Shown piece after piece: positions 21,163 to 31,686 of a stretch of DNA of 64,000 nt (position 1 is its first letter; each line of letters starts with the position of its first letter). The notes below the pieces were generated by a model. The model did no database searches and was not told where the DNA came from. It worked only from the letters and a program-made list of their open reading frames with translations. Position numbers and translations under genes: made by a program. Source of the stretch: an uncultured Nitrospiraceae bacterium (GTDB lineage: Bacteria; Nitrospirota; Nitrospiria; Nitrospirales; Nitrospiraceae). Where the stretch lies: NCBI GenBank assembly GCA_963730935.1, contig CAVSTP010000004.1, positions 1,248,001 through 1,312,000 of the forward strand, given 5' to 3'.

Positions 21163-21981
21163 CTAAGTGTGAGAACGATGAACTGGACGGCACGCGACGT
21201 AAAAGCCGGCGGACAATCTCGGCATCCATCTGCCAAGCAAACAGTTAATTTTCATCACAGGTCCAAGACCGGTATAAAAGAGGTTGCTGAAAGGGCCGGC
21301 AAACAGGACTGAGCCGGTTGTGGAAACGATTTCAAAGCCGTGGCTGATCAAAAGCCGCTGAATGGATCCATAGGTAAAACGCTGAACGTGGGGCGAGTCG
21401 GCTAGCGTCGAGGGTGGATAGGGTTCTCCTCGGCTGCAGGAAAATAACGCAGACTTGATCCATCTGACGGCACTGGCCATACGCGTCCGTTCGAGAATCC
21501 ATCCCAGTCCAGTCTTAAACCAAAGAAAACTTTCCATCTCAAACCAGCCGTAGCCGTTGGGCACTGTCACCAAAAGTACACCGTCATGTGCCAGCTTGTT
21601 CTTGATCTCAAACAACATCTTTTCAAGTTCCTCATCAAGAAGGTGCTCTAGGACTTCCGAAGCAATCAAGACGTCGGGTTTGAAGCTCACATCCCGCATG
21701 TTCTGTCGTCGTAATATCGACGCAGAAAGACCGTGTGCGCGCAACAATTCGCGCCCAAACTCAATGCTTTGATGATCCATATCAACGCCAACCACTTGAT
21801 AACCCTGCACTGCCAACGGAATGGTGATCATGGAACCGGTTCCACATCCTAACTCAATGATGGTCATGTCTTTTTGTAGGTAGCCGACGATCCACTCTAA
21901 ACGTTTTGAATGCCCGTAGACATTCTCTGGGATCAGCGGTGGCCTAGGCAGGGAGTTTGTGGAATGCTGACGAGCAGTCAT
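21163..21981 (-). CDS. Class I SAM methyltransferase
   Basis: IELGCGTG, SEVLEHL, LVTVPN. Confidence 0.88.
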   Translation of the reverse strand: MTARQHSTNSLPRPPLIPENVYGHSKRLEWIVGYLQKDMTIIELGCGTGSMITIPLAVQGYQVVGVDMDHQSIEFGRELLRAHGLSASILRRQNMRDVSFKPDVLIASEVLEHLLDEELEKMLFEIKNKLAHDGVLLVTVPNGYGWFEMESFLWFKTGLGWILERTRMASAVRWIKSALFSCSRGEPYPPSTLADSPHVQRFTYGSIQRLLISHGFEIVSTTGSVLFAGPFSNLFYTGLGPVMKINCLLGRWMPRLSAGFYVACRPVHRSHT

Positions 21982-22802
21982 AACTTGCGGGCACGTACAA
22001 CGACATACCATCCAAAAACGTGTCCCAACCGGTCGAGCAATTTCTGCGGCACAGGGCGTATGAGACGAGCAATCGTCCCGGGGAAATCCTCATGGACGAG
22101 TTTCCGACATCCAATGAACTCGATAGAGAATCGTGCTTGTTGAACAAGTTCTTGGACCTCCGCTTTGGAATAGACATTCACAATCGGCATCGCATCGCTA
22201 GCCGTGTATTCGATTAGAGACCGGCGCTCTTCAAGAGACAGCTTCCGAAATCCCCCTTTCAGGATGTGGGCCCATAGACAAATACTGAGCCTATAGAACA
22301 CGGAATTTTTATGATAAAGCGTCAACCAAAATTCGCCTCGAGGTTTCAGTATTCTATGGATCTCGTCGAAGCCCTTGCGGATATTGGGGATGTGGTGTAG
22401 TACACCATTCGAAAATGTTAGATCGAAGGATTCATTTGAAAACTCTAAGTTTTCGGCGTCACCGAGACGAGTGTCCGCATCGAAGCCAACTAGACGAAGG
22501 TGCTTCTTGGTTCGCTCAATGTTTTCGGGTGTGATATCGATCCCGGTATAGTTCGCACCATTTCGGCAAAATTCGTAGGCGTCATAGCCTGCTCCACACC
22601 CTACCTCCAAAACTCTTCTCCCTCTCGTCTTGTCAAAGGGAAAGACTTCAGACAACCAAGGCAATTCATAAGTAGAGCGTTTCCTTATGACATTCTCAAA
22701 ATATTCCTTTGTCCCTAGGGCAGCGCCCTCACCGTAAACCCACCCTGCCGGTGAGGCGCCCCAAACCTGTTTAGCCGCTTCCTTCCCATCGTATGGAGTC
22801 AT
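21978..22802 (-). CDS. Class I SAM methyltransferase (same subtype as 2663-3454)
   Basis: GTKEYF, VLEVGCGAG, FSNGVLHH. Confidence 0.88.
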   Translation of the reverse strand: MTPYDGKEAAKQVWGASPAGWVYGEGAALGTKEYFENVIRKRSTYELPWLSEVFPFDKTRGRRVLEVGCGAGYDAYEFCRNGANYTGIDITPENIERTKKHLRLVGFDADTRLGDAENLEFSNESFDLTFSNGVLHHIPNIRKGFDEIHRILKPRGEFWLTLYHKNSVFYRLSICLWAHILKGGFRKLSLEERRSLIEYTASDAMPIVNVYSKAEVQELVQQARFSIEFIGCRKLVHEDFPGTIARLIRPVPQKLLDRLGHVFGWYVVVRARKL

Positions 22803-22926
22803 CTTTCTCCTTCATGAGAACTCAAATCTCGCGTCGACACGTTGCCCTTGCACAGACGTGATTCTGATTGTGCCTCCGCTTCGTGATCCACTAACTTGCC
22901 ATGTCGAGTGATGGGACCAGCGTCGC

Positions 22927-23751
22927 TTAACGAAACGTGCAGGCAACGGCGAGGCATTCTCTGGTGTCGGGCCATGCCCAAAAGGCAAGCGTCTGAAGAG
23001 GATAGTGAAAGAACTGTTCCAATGGGGAACCTGCTTGGGAATAATTGTAAAACTCTTCTTTGACGATCCGAAGATCCATGTGGTCGACCAAGGCCCTCAA
23101 TTCGGCGATCGTATATTCATGGTGGTGACCGATGAAGGGAATGTCTGAACGTACGATATCTTGGATGGGAACGAGGGGAGTCTCCCCGCGCAACAATGCC
23201 ATACGCTTGGGCCAATAGGCGATGTTCGGAACCTCCAGATAGATGGCTCCATCGCGTTTGAGCATCGCCACCACATTGTCTAAAAGCGGCTTTGGCGAAT
23301 GGGGGTAATGTTCCAGCACTGCCATGATGGTCACAAGATCGAATGTGCCGACGAGAGATGCGGCCGGTTCAAATGGATCCATGTCGACGATGGTAACCCC
23401 TTTGGTTCGCACAAAATCAAACAGCTTGTGGAAGGAATCGCTATAGAATTTCAACGATTCGGTCATCGTCACTTCACATCCCAATCGTTGAAACGTCAAT
23501 GGTAAGACACCCCAGAAGCCTCCCACATCGCAGACCGTTCGTCCCTCAGTCAACTTGCAAAGTGACGCATAGGCCCGGTAGTAGCGGGGCGAGGACGCCT
23601 GCAGGTACCGACCAAAATCGAACCGGTCAGGATGCCAACCGTAACAGTGCGCGGCCAACTCCACTTGCATCTCTCGTGTCCAGTACCCGAGCACCTGCTG
23701 GACCGATTCCTGGTACGCACGGACAAACTCTTGATACGTACAAGGGTTCAA
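22927..23751 (-). CDS. Class I SAM methyltransferase
   Basis: CDVGGFWG, AVLEH, LEVPN. Confidence 0.82.
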   Translation of the reverse strand: MNPCTYQEFVRAYQESVQQVLGYWTREMQVELAAHCYGWHPDRFDFGRYLQASSPRYYRAYASLCKLTEGRTVCDVGGFWGVLPLTFQRLGCEVTMTESLKFYSDSFHKLFDFVRTKGVTIVDMDPFEPAASLVGTFDLVTIMAVLEHYPHSPKPLLDNVVAMLKRDGAIYLEVPNIAYWPKRMALLRGETPLVPIQDIVRSDIPFIGHHHEYTIAELRALVDHMDLRIVKEEFYNYSQAGSPLEQFFHYPLQTLAFWAWPDTRECLAVACTFR

Positions 23752-23781
23752 ATTGCCGCCGATCCTGACTTATTGCTCTTT

Positions 23782-25101
23782 CTAAGGCCCAACGGGTGCC
23801 GGAAGCCGATGTCTGTAGATATACGATAGGACAATAGTCAGCATGATGCCGGCCGACACCGTCATGCTTATTGAGGCGCCCTGAATGCCGAGCGAAGGAA
23901 TCAAATTCAGGTTTAAGGCTACATTTGCTATAGCAGCGATCCCCGATGAGTACATCACTACGGGAGGCATCCCGATCGACGCCAAGTAGTTCATCAATAA
24001 TGAACTCACCGACAACAGCACGATGCCGGGCAGGAGCCAGACGAAGGCGGCGGTCGCTGGTTGAAATGCCGGACCATAAAGCGTGCGAATAAGGGGCCCA
24101 GACCCGAACGAGGCTATCACCGCGATCGCCATCATGATGAGGCCAATAACACCCGCAATCCTTTTGGAAAACCTCCACCGCTCAGCATCATCACACATGC
24201 CGGAGAGAGCGGGAAACAGGATGGTACCCACCGTCATCGGTAGCATGTACAAGGCGTCGGTTAGCGTGACGGCCACCGAGTAATATCCGGCCTGTTCCAC
24301 GCCAAGTAGATACTGGATGAGCAGCAAATCAAGCCGGAGCGCAACAAATGCAAACAACGCAGCCACATACCCGCGCAGGCTATAACCCAAACCTTCCCGA
24401 AACAGGTCGAACGACGGACGTGCGAGATGGACAGCGTGCCTGTTCAGAATCGTGAATGTCCACACTAGGCTCCAGCCCAAGGCAAGCAATCCCATGGCGA
24501 AGACCGTTTCCGCAGTCACGAACCCGGACAAGATCACCGCGCCGATAAGGATCACTGATAGTATCTTGCTTGCCAATTCGACTTGGTTGTACGCTCGGAT
24601 CTCGCCAATGCCTAACAACAGATTTTGGAACAAGAGGTAGCACAGACCGAAAGGAAGCCAGCAGAGACTCAGCCAGAGCAGTAGTCCATGAAGCGGCGCC
24701 AACGTCGGATGGAGGGAAAACACAAGACCCACTGCTGCTGCCACCGCTCCGCCAAGCCCGATTCCCACTACAGCAGAATTCACCACCAATGTGGAAAGCA
24801 ATTCCGGTTTCTTGGCCACGGTGTACGTATTTGATGCGTGCAGACCGAGATTACAGAACTGGACGCCGATCGCGCCGATTGCGACTGCGACCGCATAGGC
24901 CCCACGCCCCTCAGGGCCGAGGACGCGTGCGACGATCACGCTGGCGACAAACCCGATCCCGAGCAGCAGGATTCTGTTGGTAAACGTTACTGCAACGTTG
25001 CGAAAAAACCCCGATGCTGTCACGCGACGAACATACTGGGAGCAGCTCCGCCAAAAAGAGAACACCATCGCGTGTTCCACCGACTCGGCTTTCTGTCTCA
25101 C
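23782..25101 (-). CDS. wzx: Wzx-type oligosaccharide flippase
   Basis: ARVLGPEGRG, ~12 hydrophobic segments, AGYYSVA, LIPSLGIQGA. Confidence 0.88.
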   Translation of the reverse strand: MRQKAESVEHAMVFSFWRSCSQYVRRVTASGFFRNVAVTFTNRILLLGIGFVASVIVARVLGPEGRGAYAVAVAIGAIGVQFCNLGLHASNTYTVAKKPELLSTLVVNSAVVGIGLGGAVAAAVGLVFSLHPTLAPLHGLLLWLSLCWLPFGLCYLLFQNLLLGIGEIRAYNQVELASKILSVILIGAVILSGFVTAETVFAMGLLALGWSLVWTFTILNRHAVHLARPSFDLFREGLGYSLRGYVAALFAFVALRLDLLLIQYLLGVEQAGYYSVAVTLTDALYMLPMTVGTILFPALSGMCDDAERWRFSKRIAGVIGLIMMAIAVIASFGSGPLIRTLYGPAFQPATAAFVWLLPGIVLLSVSSLLMNYLASIGMPPVVMYSSGIAAIANVALNLNLIPSLGIQGASISMTVSAGIMLTIVLSYIYRHRLPAPVGP

Positions 25102-26996
25102 GCGATGTATTCCTTCCACCAAAGCGCAAAATTCAGGAGGTACCACACCTCAGGGCCGCGCCTCTCGTCCAGCAACCGAGACACTTCGGCAGGGTTGAAA
25201 AAGTCTGTCTTCTTGCAGAACATGTGCAGTTCGGATTTTGCGTGGTCGCCAAGCCGGTCAAAAAACCATTCGTACACCGGTACCCCGAAGCCTTGTTTGG
25301 GTCGATCGATGAGCTCGTCTGGAATGACGCCTCGTACCGATTTCTTCAAAATATGTTTCAGCGTCCCGTGTTTCGTTTTCACCCGCTCAGGAATACTCAT
25401 GGCGAACTCTACAAACTTATGGTCCAAAAATGGCACTCTCCCCTCCAAACTCACACCCATACTCATCTTGTCGACCCGCATGAGTAGCAGTTCAGGTAAT
25501 CGAAGATTGAGATCGATGTAGCTCATCCAATTCAGATGGCTTTTTTCCCAGGCTTTGTCATCAAATCGTCGTCTGATAGGTTCAATCGCATCCCAGGAGC
25601 TCGCTCCTTGTAATTGCCGCGCCAACCTGGGCGAGAGAAGCCGTGATTTCTGCGCCTCTGTGAAGGCCTCTGCACCTCCCCAGAAGACCGGCAGACCCAA
25701 TGATCCGCGACGAAGGTATTCATACTTCCGCCCATGATTTTTTCCAACCGCAGTGAGGCATGAGAGGCCAACCTTCTTGATCCAACGCGGAACCGGCACA
25801 TCGTCCCAGGACTGCAGCTGAAGCATTTGCTTCCAGGCGGAATATCCCCAGAACAGTTCGTCCGATCCTTCGCCGACCTGGCACACGATCACCCCATTGT
25901 CCCGAGCAAGTTTAGACACGTAATAGACCGGCACACACACCGGGTCTGCAATCGGCTCGTCTTGCAACTTGATCATGAGCGGAAGGAAATCGAGGAGATC
26001 GTCCATGGTAAGTAAGCGCTCATGATGGTCGGCGCCTACTTCTTGGGCCATCCTCCTAGCATAGTGCAATTCATTCTGATAACTCTGGTACTCACCTTGG
26101 TACCCGATGGAAAAGGTCTTGACCGGCCTGGTCTCCCCTTCCGAAAACAGCGCCGCGTTGGTGCTGGAGTCGATGCCTCCAGAAAGGAACACTCCAACGG
26201 GTACATCGCTGACCTTCCTGTACTTCACCGCGGTCCGCAGTTCATCCAGCAATCGGCCGGCAATGTCATCTTCCGATACGCCGACGAGAGGATTGGTGTG
26301 ATCCCACACGTCCCAGTAGCGATGTTCTGTGATTGTGCCGTCATCTTTGACGCGGAGCCACGTGCCGCCCGGCAGTTTTCGAATGCCGTCGAAGAGGGTC
26401 TGAGGTGCCGGTGTTGTTAGAAAAGATAAGTAATGAAAAAACGCCTCCTCATGCACCGACCGCGGCTGATCTGGATCTTGTAACAGCGCCTTAATTTCTG
26501 ACGCGAAGGTAATCCGTCCGTGATGGATGCTGTAATAGAGCGGCTTAATGCCAATTCGGTCCCTGACGAGCCAAAGTTCGCGGGATCTGGTGTCCCACAG
26601 CGCTATAGCGAACATGCCACGGAACTTTTGAAGGCACTCGATTCCCCATTCCTCGAATGCATGAAGAATAACTTCGGTATCGGAGTGATCGGTCTTCCAT
26701 CGATGGCCCCCTATGCTCTCCAATTCCCTGCGGATCTCAGCATGATTATAGATTTCGCCGTTAAATGACACCCAGACAGTTCCGTCTTCGTTGCACATCG
26801 GCTGTGTGGCCGCTTCCGACAGATCGATGATCGAGAGGCGGCGATGGCCCAAGCCAATCCGCCTGTCAGTGGCAATCCACACACCTGCCCCGTCGGGTCC
26901 ACGATGAGTCATCACATCTCGCATTCTGGAGACGTAGGGCTCGGTGACCCGAAAGGAAGACTGGTCAAAAACCAACGCGCCGACTATGCCGCACAT
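25098..26996 (-). CDS. asnB: Asparagine synthase (glutamine-hydrolysing)-family amidotransferase, probably glycan amidation
   Basis: N-terminal MCGI, HRGPD, NGEIYN, LSGGIDSS, RVPFLD; polysaccharide context. Confidence 0.92.
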   Translation of the reverse strand: MCGIVGALVFDQSSFRVTEPYVSRMRDVMTHRGPDGAGVWIATDRRIGLGHRRLSIIDLSEAATQPMCNEDGTVWVSFNGEIYNHAEIRRELESIGGHRWKTDHSDTEVILHAFEEWGIECLQKFRGMFAIALWDTRSRELWLVRDRIGIKPLYYSIHHGRITFASEIKALLQDPDQPRSVHEEAFFHYLSFLTTPAPQTLFDGIRKLPGGTWLRVKDDGTITEHRYWDVWDHTNPLVGVSEDDIAGRLLDELRTAVKYRKVSDVPVGVFLSGGIDSSTNAALFSEGETRPVKTFSIGYQGEYQSYQNELHYARRMAQEVGADHHERLLTMDDLLDFLPLMIKLQDEPIADPVCVPVYYVSKLARDNGVIVCQVGEGSDELFWGYSAWKQMLQLQSWDDVPVPRWIKKVGLSCLTAVGKNHGRKYEYLRRGSLGLPVFWGGAEAFTEAQKSRLLSPRLARQLQGASSWDAIEPIRRRFDDKAWEKSHLNWMSYIDLNLRLPELLLMRVDKMSMGVSLEGRVPFLDHKFVEFAMSIPERVKTKHGTLKHILKKSVRGVIPDELIDRPKQGFGVPVYEWFFDRLGDHAKSELHMFCKKTDFFNPAEVSRLLDERRGPEVWYLLNFALWWKEYIA

Positions 26997-27025
26997 TCAA
27001 GTGTCTCCGGAGGTCGCATCCCGCT

Positions 27026-28216
27026 TCACATACGAACAAGTCTATTCCTATATGTCTTCAATAAGGGAAGCAGTTGCTCTGCGAGATACTCCCCAATACG
27101 GCTCTGTCCCTCCTCATATAGATGGACAGAGTCGAAGAAAAAGCGATCACGCGGCTTCAACGATTCACGGATCCACTCCTCCAAATCCACCAGCAATAGA
27201 TTCTGACTTTTGGCTAATCGGCGAAGCCCCTTGTTATATTCTTCACTAATTTTTGCTAGGACATAGGGATTGTCAGTGAAAGTGGGGAGGTGGCCGACTA
27301 TCAGTGCTCGCGGAGAGGGCTCCTCTTCCATTACAAAAAGACCCGGCAGTGTGATCAGGACAACCTCACTTCCTGCAGCCCGCATTTCTTTCACAATCGT
27401 TTCAAGCTCGGCCATGAAGGTCGGCGCATAGCCATCTAATGCCTCCACCTCTGGAGCGTCACGCTGTACATGTTTTGGTTTGCTGTAAGCCTCTAACGCC
27501 ATCTCTGTACGGCCGAAAATCCGTTCGCGTACCTTTCCATAGGCCTTTCTAAAGAGCCGCACGCTCTTGAGATGGTATTCGACTCCATAACTCTCCGGCT
27601 CCGCGTACAACGCGTTCCATCCAATATAGATGGTAGTTATCTCTGGACGAAGCGCCTTGAATTCTTCAATGCGCCCGAGGACATTGTCTGGACCATATCC
27701 CTCGACGCCGGCATTAATGACCTCGACCGACTCCCCCAAGCGGCCGAGCTCCCGTTCGAGCGCTCGAGGATACGAGTATTCATCGAACATCGTCCCAAAC
27801 GTGCAGGAGTCGCCTATCGTCAAAATCCTAACGCGTGAGTGCGTCTTATCAATCTCGGGTCCTTTGAATCCATCTGCATTAATTCGCATCACGACAGCAT
27901 TAGGTTCAATTTTGAGCGCTGCAGCCCTCTGCTTGAGCAGTTCCTCCGCGAAGACCCTGCCACTCTCCTTTTTAGCTTGGATGATCTGACCGATAGTGGC
28001 CGAATAGCCAGCTTTGGGCTTCCAATTCCATGGATGCGCCACATCGGCTACCTCGTAGTCGTCCAAGACGTTCGGATCTACGCTGACTACCTCATCTCGG
28101 AGTTGTTCTTTGATGGCGAAAAACAGTCGCGCACCCCCTTCCACAGCCAATGCCATCGCGGCAAGGACAATTGCGGCAACCGCAATCTGAACCCGAGTGC
28201 GTCGTAGGATTATCAT
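27026..28216 (-). CDS. Membrane-anchored SGNH/GDSL hydrolase-family protein
   Basis: TM anchor; TIGDSCT, NAGVEG, YIGWN, DSVH. Confidence 0.82.
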   Translation of the reverse strand: MIILRRTRVQIAVAAIVLAAMALAVEGGARLFFAIKEQLRDEVVSVDPNVLDDYEVADVAHPWNWKPKAGYSATIGQIIQAKKESGRVFAEELLKQRAAALKIEPNAVVMRINADGFKGPEIDKTHSRVRILTIGDSCTFGTMFDEYSYPRALERELGRLGESVEVINAGVEGYGPDNVLGRIEEFKALRPEITTIYIGWNALYAEPESYGVEYHLKSVRLFRKAYGKVRERIFGRTEMALEAYSKPKHVQRDAPEVEALDGYAPTFMAELETIVKEMRAAGSEVVLITLPGLFVMEEEPSPRALIVGHLPTFTDNPYVLAKISEEYNKGLRRLAKSQNLLLVDLEEWIRESLKPRDRFFFDSVHLYEEGQSRIGEYLAEQLLPLLKTYRNRLVRM

Positions 28217-28248
28217 CGTGGCAGGAACGGAGCGGTGAGGACTTTTCG

Positions 28249-30402
28249 TTATTCCCAGCCCGGATTGATCTGGTCTTCCACCTGAAAACTGATTTCGGTC
28301 GCTTGCAGTTGTTGCCAAAGAGGGATCGGCCATTCTCCTCCATCTCGGATCACTCGGCCGAACGATTCGAGTTCATGCTTCTGCCCTTTATCCGCGATCG
28401 CCGAGTCGACTCCCTTTGCCATGGCACCGGCAATCGTGAGTCGTTTGTAATCGTCCAAGAACAGCACCTTTCCGTCGACGAATATCTCGAAGCGTTCTTT
28501 AGGGTAATCGGAGGTTCCCAGCGCCGTGTAGGTTAACGTCGCGATTGAGCCGTCCTGAAATGTGATGGTCGTGATAAAGTTGTCATGTCGGCGGTAGTGG
28601 CCTGTCGCGGGGCGAATGGCGTCACTGTGGACTTTCTCAACACGACTGTCCGTGAGGGCCGTGAAGAGATCATAGATGTGGCACGCCTCGCCGATGTTTC
28701 GTCCTCCGCCCTCTTTTCCATGCACCCAATGATCCATCCCGAGATGGCCCGCATTCATGCGGTAATTGAGGATCATTGGATTGCTTCGATTGGCGATGAG
28801 CTCACGAATGCGCGAGACCGCAGGGGAAAATCGGCGATTAAACCCGGTCAGGAGCAAGGGAAGTCCCATCCCATTCCCCTTCGCGTAAAGATCCTGAATT
28901 GAGGCCAATTCTGCCCTGGACAACGCGAGTGGCTTTTCCACCAACACATGCTTGCCGGCGTGAAGGGCTTGAAGAACCATCCCGCTATGAAGATCGTGAC
29001 GCGTCGAGATCAGTACGGCTTGAACTTCGGTGTCCTTGAGCACTGCTTCATAGTCTGTGGTGGAGTATTGCGCACCGAACTGCTTCGCCGTGGCGACCGC
29101 ATTATGGCCGGAACGACTCATAATGGCATGTATGCTGTAAAGGTGCGACAACGCCTTTAGGTTCGGCAAGTGCATGGCCTTCGCAAATCCGCCTGCTCCT
29201 ATGATAGCCATGCGGATTCGAGCCCCCCCTGCTGGTTGGGCAATCGGGTTCATGATGACCCGGGACTGTGCAGGTTCCCTTATTTCATGAGGATAGGTGA
29301 GGAGGACCATGAGAGGCTTTTTTTGATCGGTCTTCAACCGCTCATATGCCACGGGAGCCTCATTGATCGGGTAGGTTGCCTCAATCAATGGAGCGACAGT
29401 GACCTTCCGTTCGTTCAACATGCGTAGGTACTCGGACATGTTGCGGTTTTCCGTCCAGCGCACAAAGGCAACAGGGTAATCAAGACCCTCCTCTTCATAC
29501 CGGCGGTCGTATCGGCCTGGACCATAGGAACTCGATATCAAGAAGTCCAGCTCCTTTTGATAGAAGTCTGCTCGGTTCAACTGAAGCCCGACATCGCCGA
29601 CGAGTACGACGCGTCCCTTTTTCCGGCACATTTGAAACGCCGTCGAGACAATCGCATCCGAGGGACTTGCTGCCGTGATGATCACGCCGTCCGCGCCAAT
29701 CCCGTCCGTGAGGCGGATGACCTGCTCTATACTGGCTCCCTCCTCCGGATAGACACCCACATCCATTCCCAACCGCTTTCCGAGATCGATGCGATCATGG
29801 GATAAATCAGTCCCGATGATCCGACACCCGTTCGACCGCAGCATCTGGCAGGTCAATTGACCAAGAATCCCTAATCCAAGTACGACAAAAGTTTCGCCTA
29901 GAGTCGGAGCGGCCCGGCGGAGACCTTGTAATGCGATTGCCCCCAACGTCACGGTACTGGCTGCCTCGAAATCGAGTCCATCCGGAATGGGAACCGTCAA
30001 ATTTCGTGGAACATTGATGACCGCGGCATGGTGGGCACATTGTGCTCCTGCACAGGCGACCTGGTCTCCGATGGCGATGTCATGGACATCAGCACCAACA
30101 CCGATGACGACTCCTGCTGCTGAATAACCGGTAGGCTGCCCAGAGGTGAGCGCCCCCTGTGCATGGCTTATCGTCTGAGCGAGGCCTCGCTCCGACACCA
30201 TCGCAATGGCTTTTTTCACCTTTGCCGGGTAACGGAACGCTTTTCTCCATAACGGCTCCCCGCTGGCCTTGAGGCCACTGAGCTCTGTCCCGATAGAAAT
30301 GCACGAATTACGCACTTGTACAAGCACGGTACCGGGCTCGACACTTGGAGCGGGCACCTCTTCGATGACCACCTGCCCTTGCTTAATGAGTACTTGCTTC
30401 AA
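28249..30402 (-). CDS. Bi-domain oxidoreductase (MDR alcohol-dehydrogenase-like + Gfo/Idh/MocA)
   Basis: TTG start after GGAGGAG; SYGPGRYD, VRWTENRN, IIGAGGFA, VEKP, GFNRRF. Confidence 0.9.
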   Translation of the reverse strand: MKQVLIKQGQVVIEEVPAPSVEPGTVLVQVRNSCISIGTELSGLKASGEPLWRKAFRYPAKVKKAIAMVSERGLAQTISHAQGALTSGQPTGYSAAGVVIGVGADVHDIAIGDQVACAGAQCAHHAAVINVPRNLTVPIPDGLDFEAASTVTLGAIALQGLRRAAPTLGETFVVLGLGILGQLTCQMLRSNGCRIIGTDLSHDRIDLGKRLGMDVGVYPEEGASIEQVIRLTDGIGADGVIITAASPSDAIVSTAFQMCRKKGRVVLVGDVGLQLNRADFYQKELDFLISSSYGPGRYDRRYEEEGLDYPVAFVRWTENRNMSEYLRMLNERKVTVAPLIEATYPINEAPVAYERLKTDQKKPLMVLLTYPHEIREPAQSRVIMNPIAQPAGGARIRMAIIGAGGFAKAMHLPNLKALSHLYSIHAIMSRSGHNAVATAKQFGAQYSTTDYEAVLKDTEVQAVLISTRHDLHSGMVLQALHAGKHVLVEKPLALSRAELASIQDLYAKGNGMGLPLLLTGFNRRFSPAVSRIRELIANRSNPMILNYRMNAGHLGMDHWVHGKEGGGRNIGEACHIYDLFTALTDSRVEKVHSDAIRPATGHYRRHDNFITTITFQDGSIATLTYTALGTSDYPKERFEIFVDGKVLFLDDYKRLTIAGAMAKGVDSAIADKGQKHELESFGRVIRDGGEWPIPLWQQLQATEISFQVEDQINPGWE

Positions 30403-31660
30403 TTCCGCTCCTCCCCAACGATTGTTCTGCCTTAAAGGACAGTCCAATGGCCACCAAAATCCAAAACAAGGTGGCGAGACTCCCGGCAAACATATAGTCA
30501 AAAAGGTTTCTGACCACAAAGCCGATGACTGCCAAGGCAATGGCCATACGGAACACCATGGGTCCGCTCGGTCGAAGATCAGATACTCGTATGCCGGAAA
30601 GCAGCTCCTGAAGTGCGCACACTATGATCCAGGCGAACAAAAGAAAAGCAGGGATCCCGCTTCCCATGAGCACCATCGCAAAGGTGTTGTGTAAGGCTGG
30701 GAGTACTTTTTCTACTGGCCCCTTGTTCTTGTCTGCTTCAATCTCGGTCGCGTAGACTTTCGAAAACGTATCATTGCCGAAACCGGCGCCTACGATTGGG
30801 TGTTCAATTACTTGCTGCAATCCAAGCCGCCATGTTTTCACACGTGCGCTGAATGTCCAAGGATCGGTGGTCTCCTGCTGAAACCCAATTAACGATAGGG
30901 TAATCAACACACTTCCTGCCAGCACGGCGCCAATGAGGATCCATACAATCAATTGTTGCCGCCGAACAATGAACAGCAATCCTAGTGCCTGCGTGAAATG
31001 GGCAACCCACCCGGCTCGAGTGTAGGCGGCGACTTGTGCGAGCATCGACGTCGCGAGACTGAAGAGTCCCAGCGCTCGCGTTGCACGAGACGACTGGGTC
31101 AATAGCCATCCAATAAGAATCGGAATGACAAGCACGAAATAGGTCGTTAACCAATTGTAATCTGAAGATGGTGCGGCTGCCCGGACCAGACGATCTCTCC
31201 AACTACCTCCACGCAAGAAAAAATCCTCAAGAGCGAACATTGACAAGGCTAAGCTGCCCAACACCACCACAAACAAGATTTTACGGGTCGGTGCTTCATC
31301 GGCGCGAACGCGCAACACGAACATTGCCCAATAAAAGACGAGCATGGAGGCAACAAACTTTCGCCACTCCGAAAAACTGTATGCGGGATCGATCGCATAG
31401 GGGATCGTCAGCAACACCCAGCTCATGAATGCGATAAGCGGTATATCCAACCGGGTTCGAACATGCGGCTTGATTTTTTCTACCCAAGCAAAACCTATCG
31501 CCACGACGAACAACAGAAAGAAAACACGTTCTTGCAGACGAAAGAGTCTTGGAAAGAAAGTCAACAGTGTGATTCCGGCGAGCCCGTACACCTGAAGTTG
31601 CAATATCCACGGTCTGGCATGAAAACGATCTCCGAAGCCTTCTCGGGCATGGCTAGGCAT
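30383..31660 (-). CDS. O-antigen ligase/Wzy polymerase-family membrane protein
   Basis: Multi-TM; YTRAGW, PIVGAGFG, HNTF. Confidence 0.82.
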   Translation of the reverse strand: MPSHAREGFGDRFHARPWILQLQVYGLAGITLLTFFPRLFRLQERVFFLLFVVAIGFAWVEKIKPHVRTRLDIPLIAFMSWVLLTIPYAIDPAYSFSEWRKFVASMLVFYWAMFVLRVRADEAPTRKILFVVVLGSLALSMFALEDFFLRGGSWRDRLVRAAAPSSDYNWLTTYFVLVIPILIGWLLTQSSRATRALGLFSLATSMLAQVAAYTRAGWVAHFTQALGLLFIVRRQQLIVWILIGAVLAGSVLITLSLIGFQQETTDPWTFSARVKTWRLGLQQVIEHPIVGAGFGNDTFSKVYATEIEADKNKGPVEKVLPALHNTFAMVLMGSGIPAFLLFAWIIVCALQELLSGIRVSDLRPSGPMVFRMAIALAVIGFVVRNLFDYMFAGSLATLFWILVAIGLSFKAEQSLGRSGIEASTH

Positions 31661-31686
31661 ATTGATGTAACTCTTGAAAGTAACGG

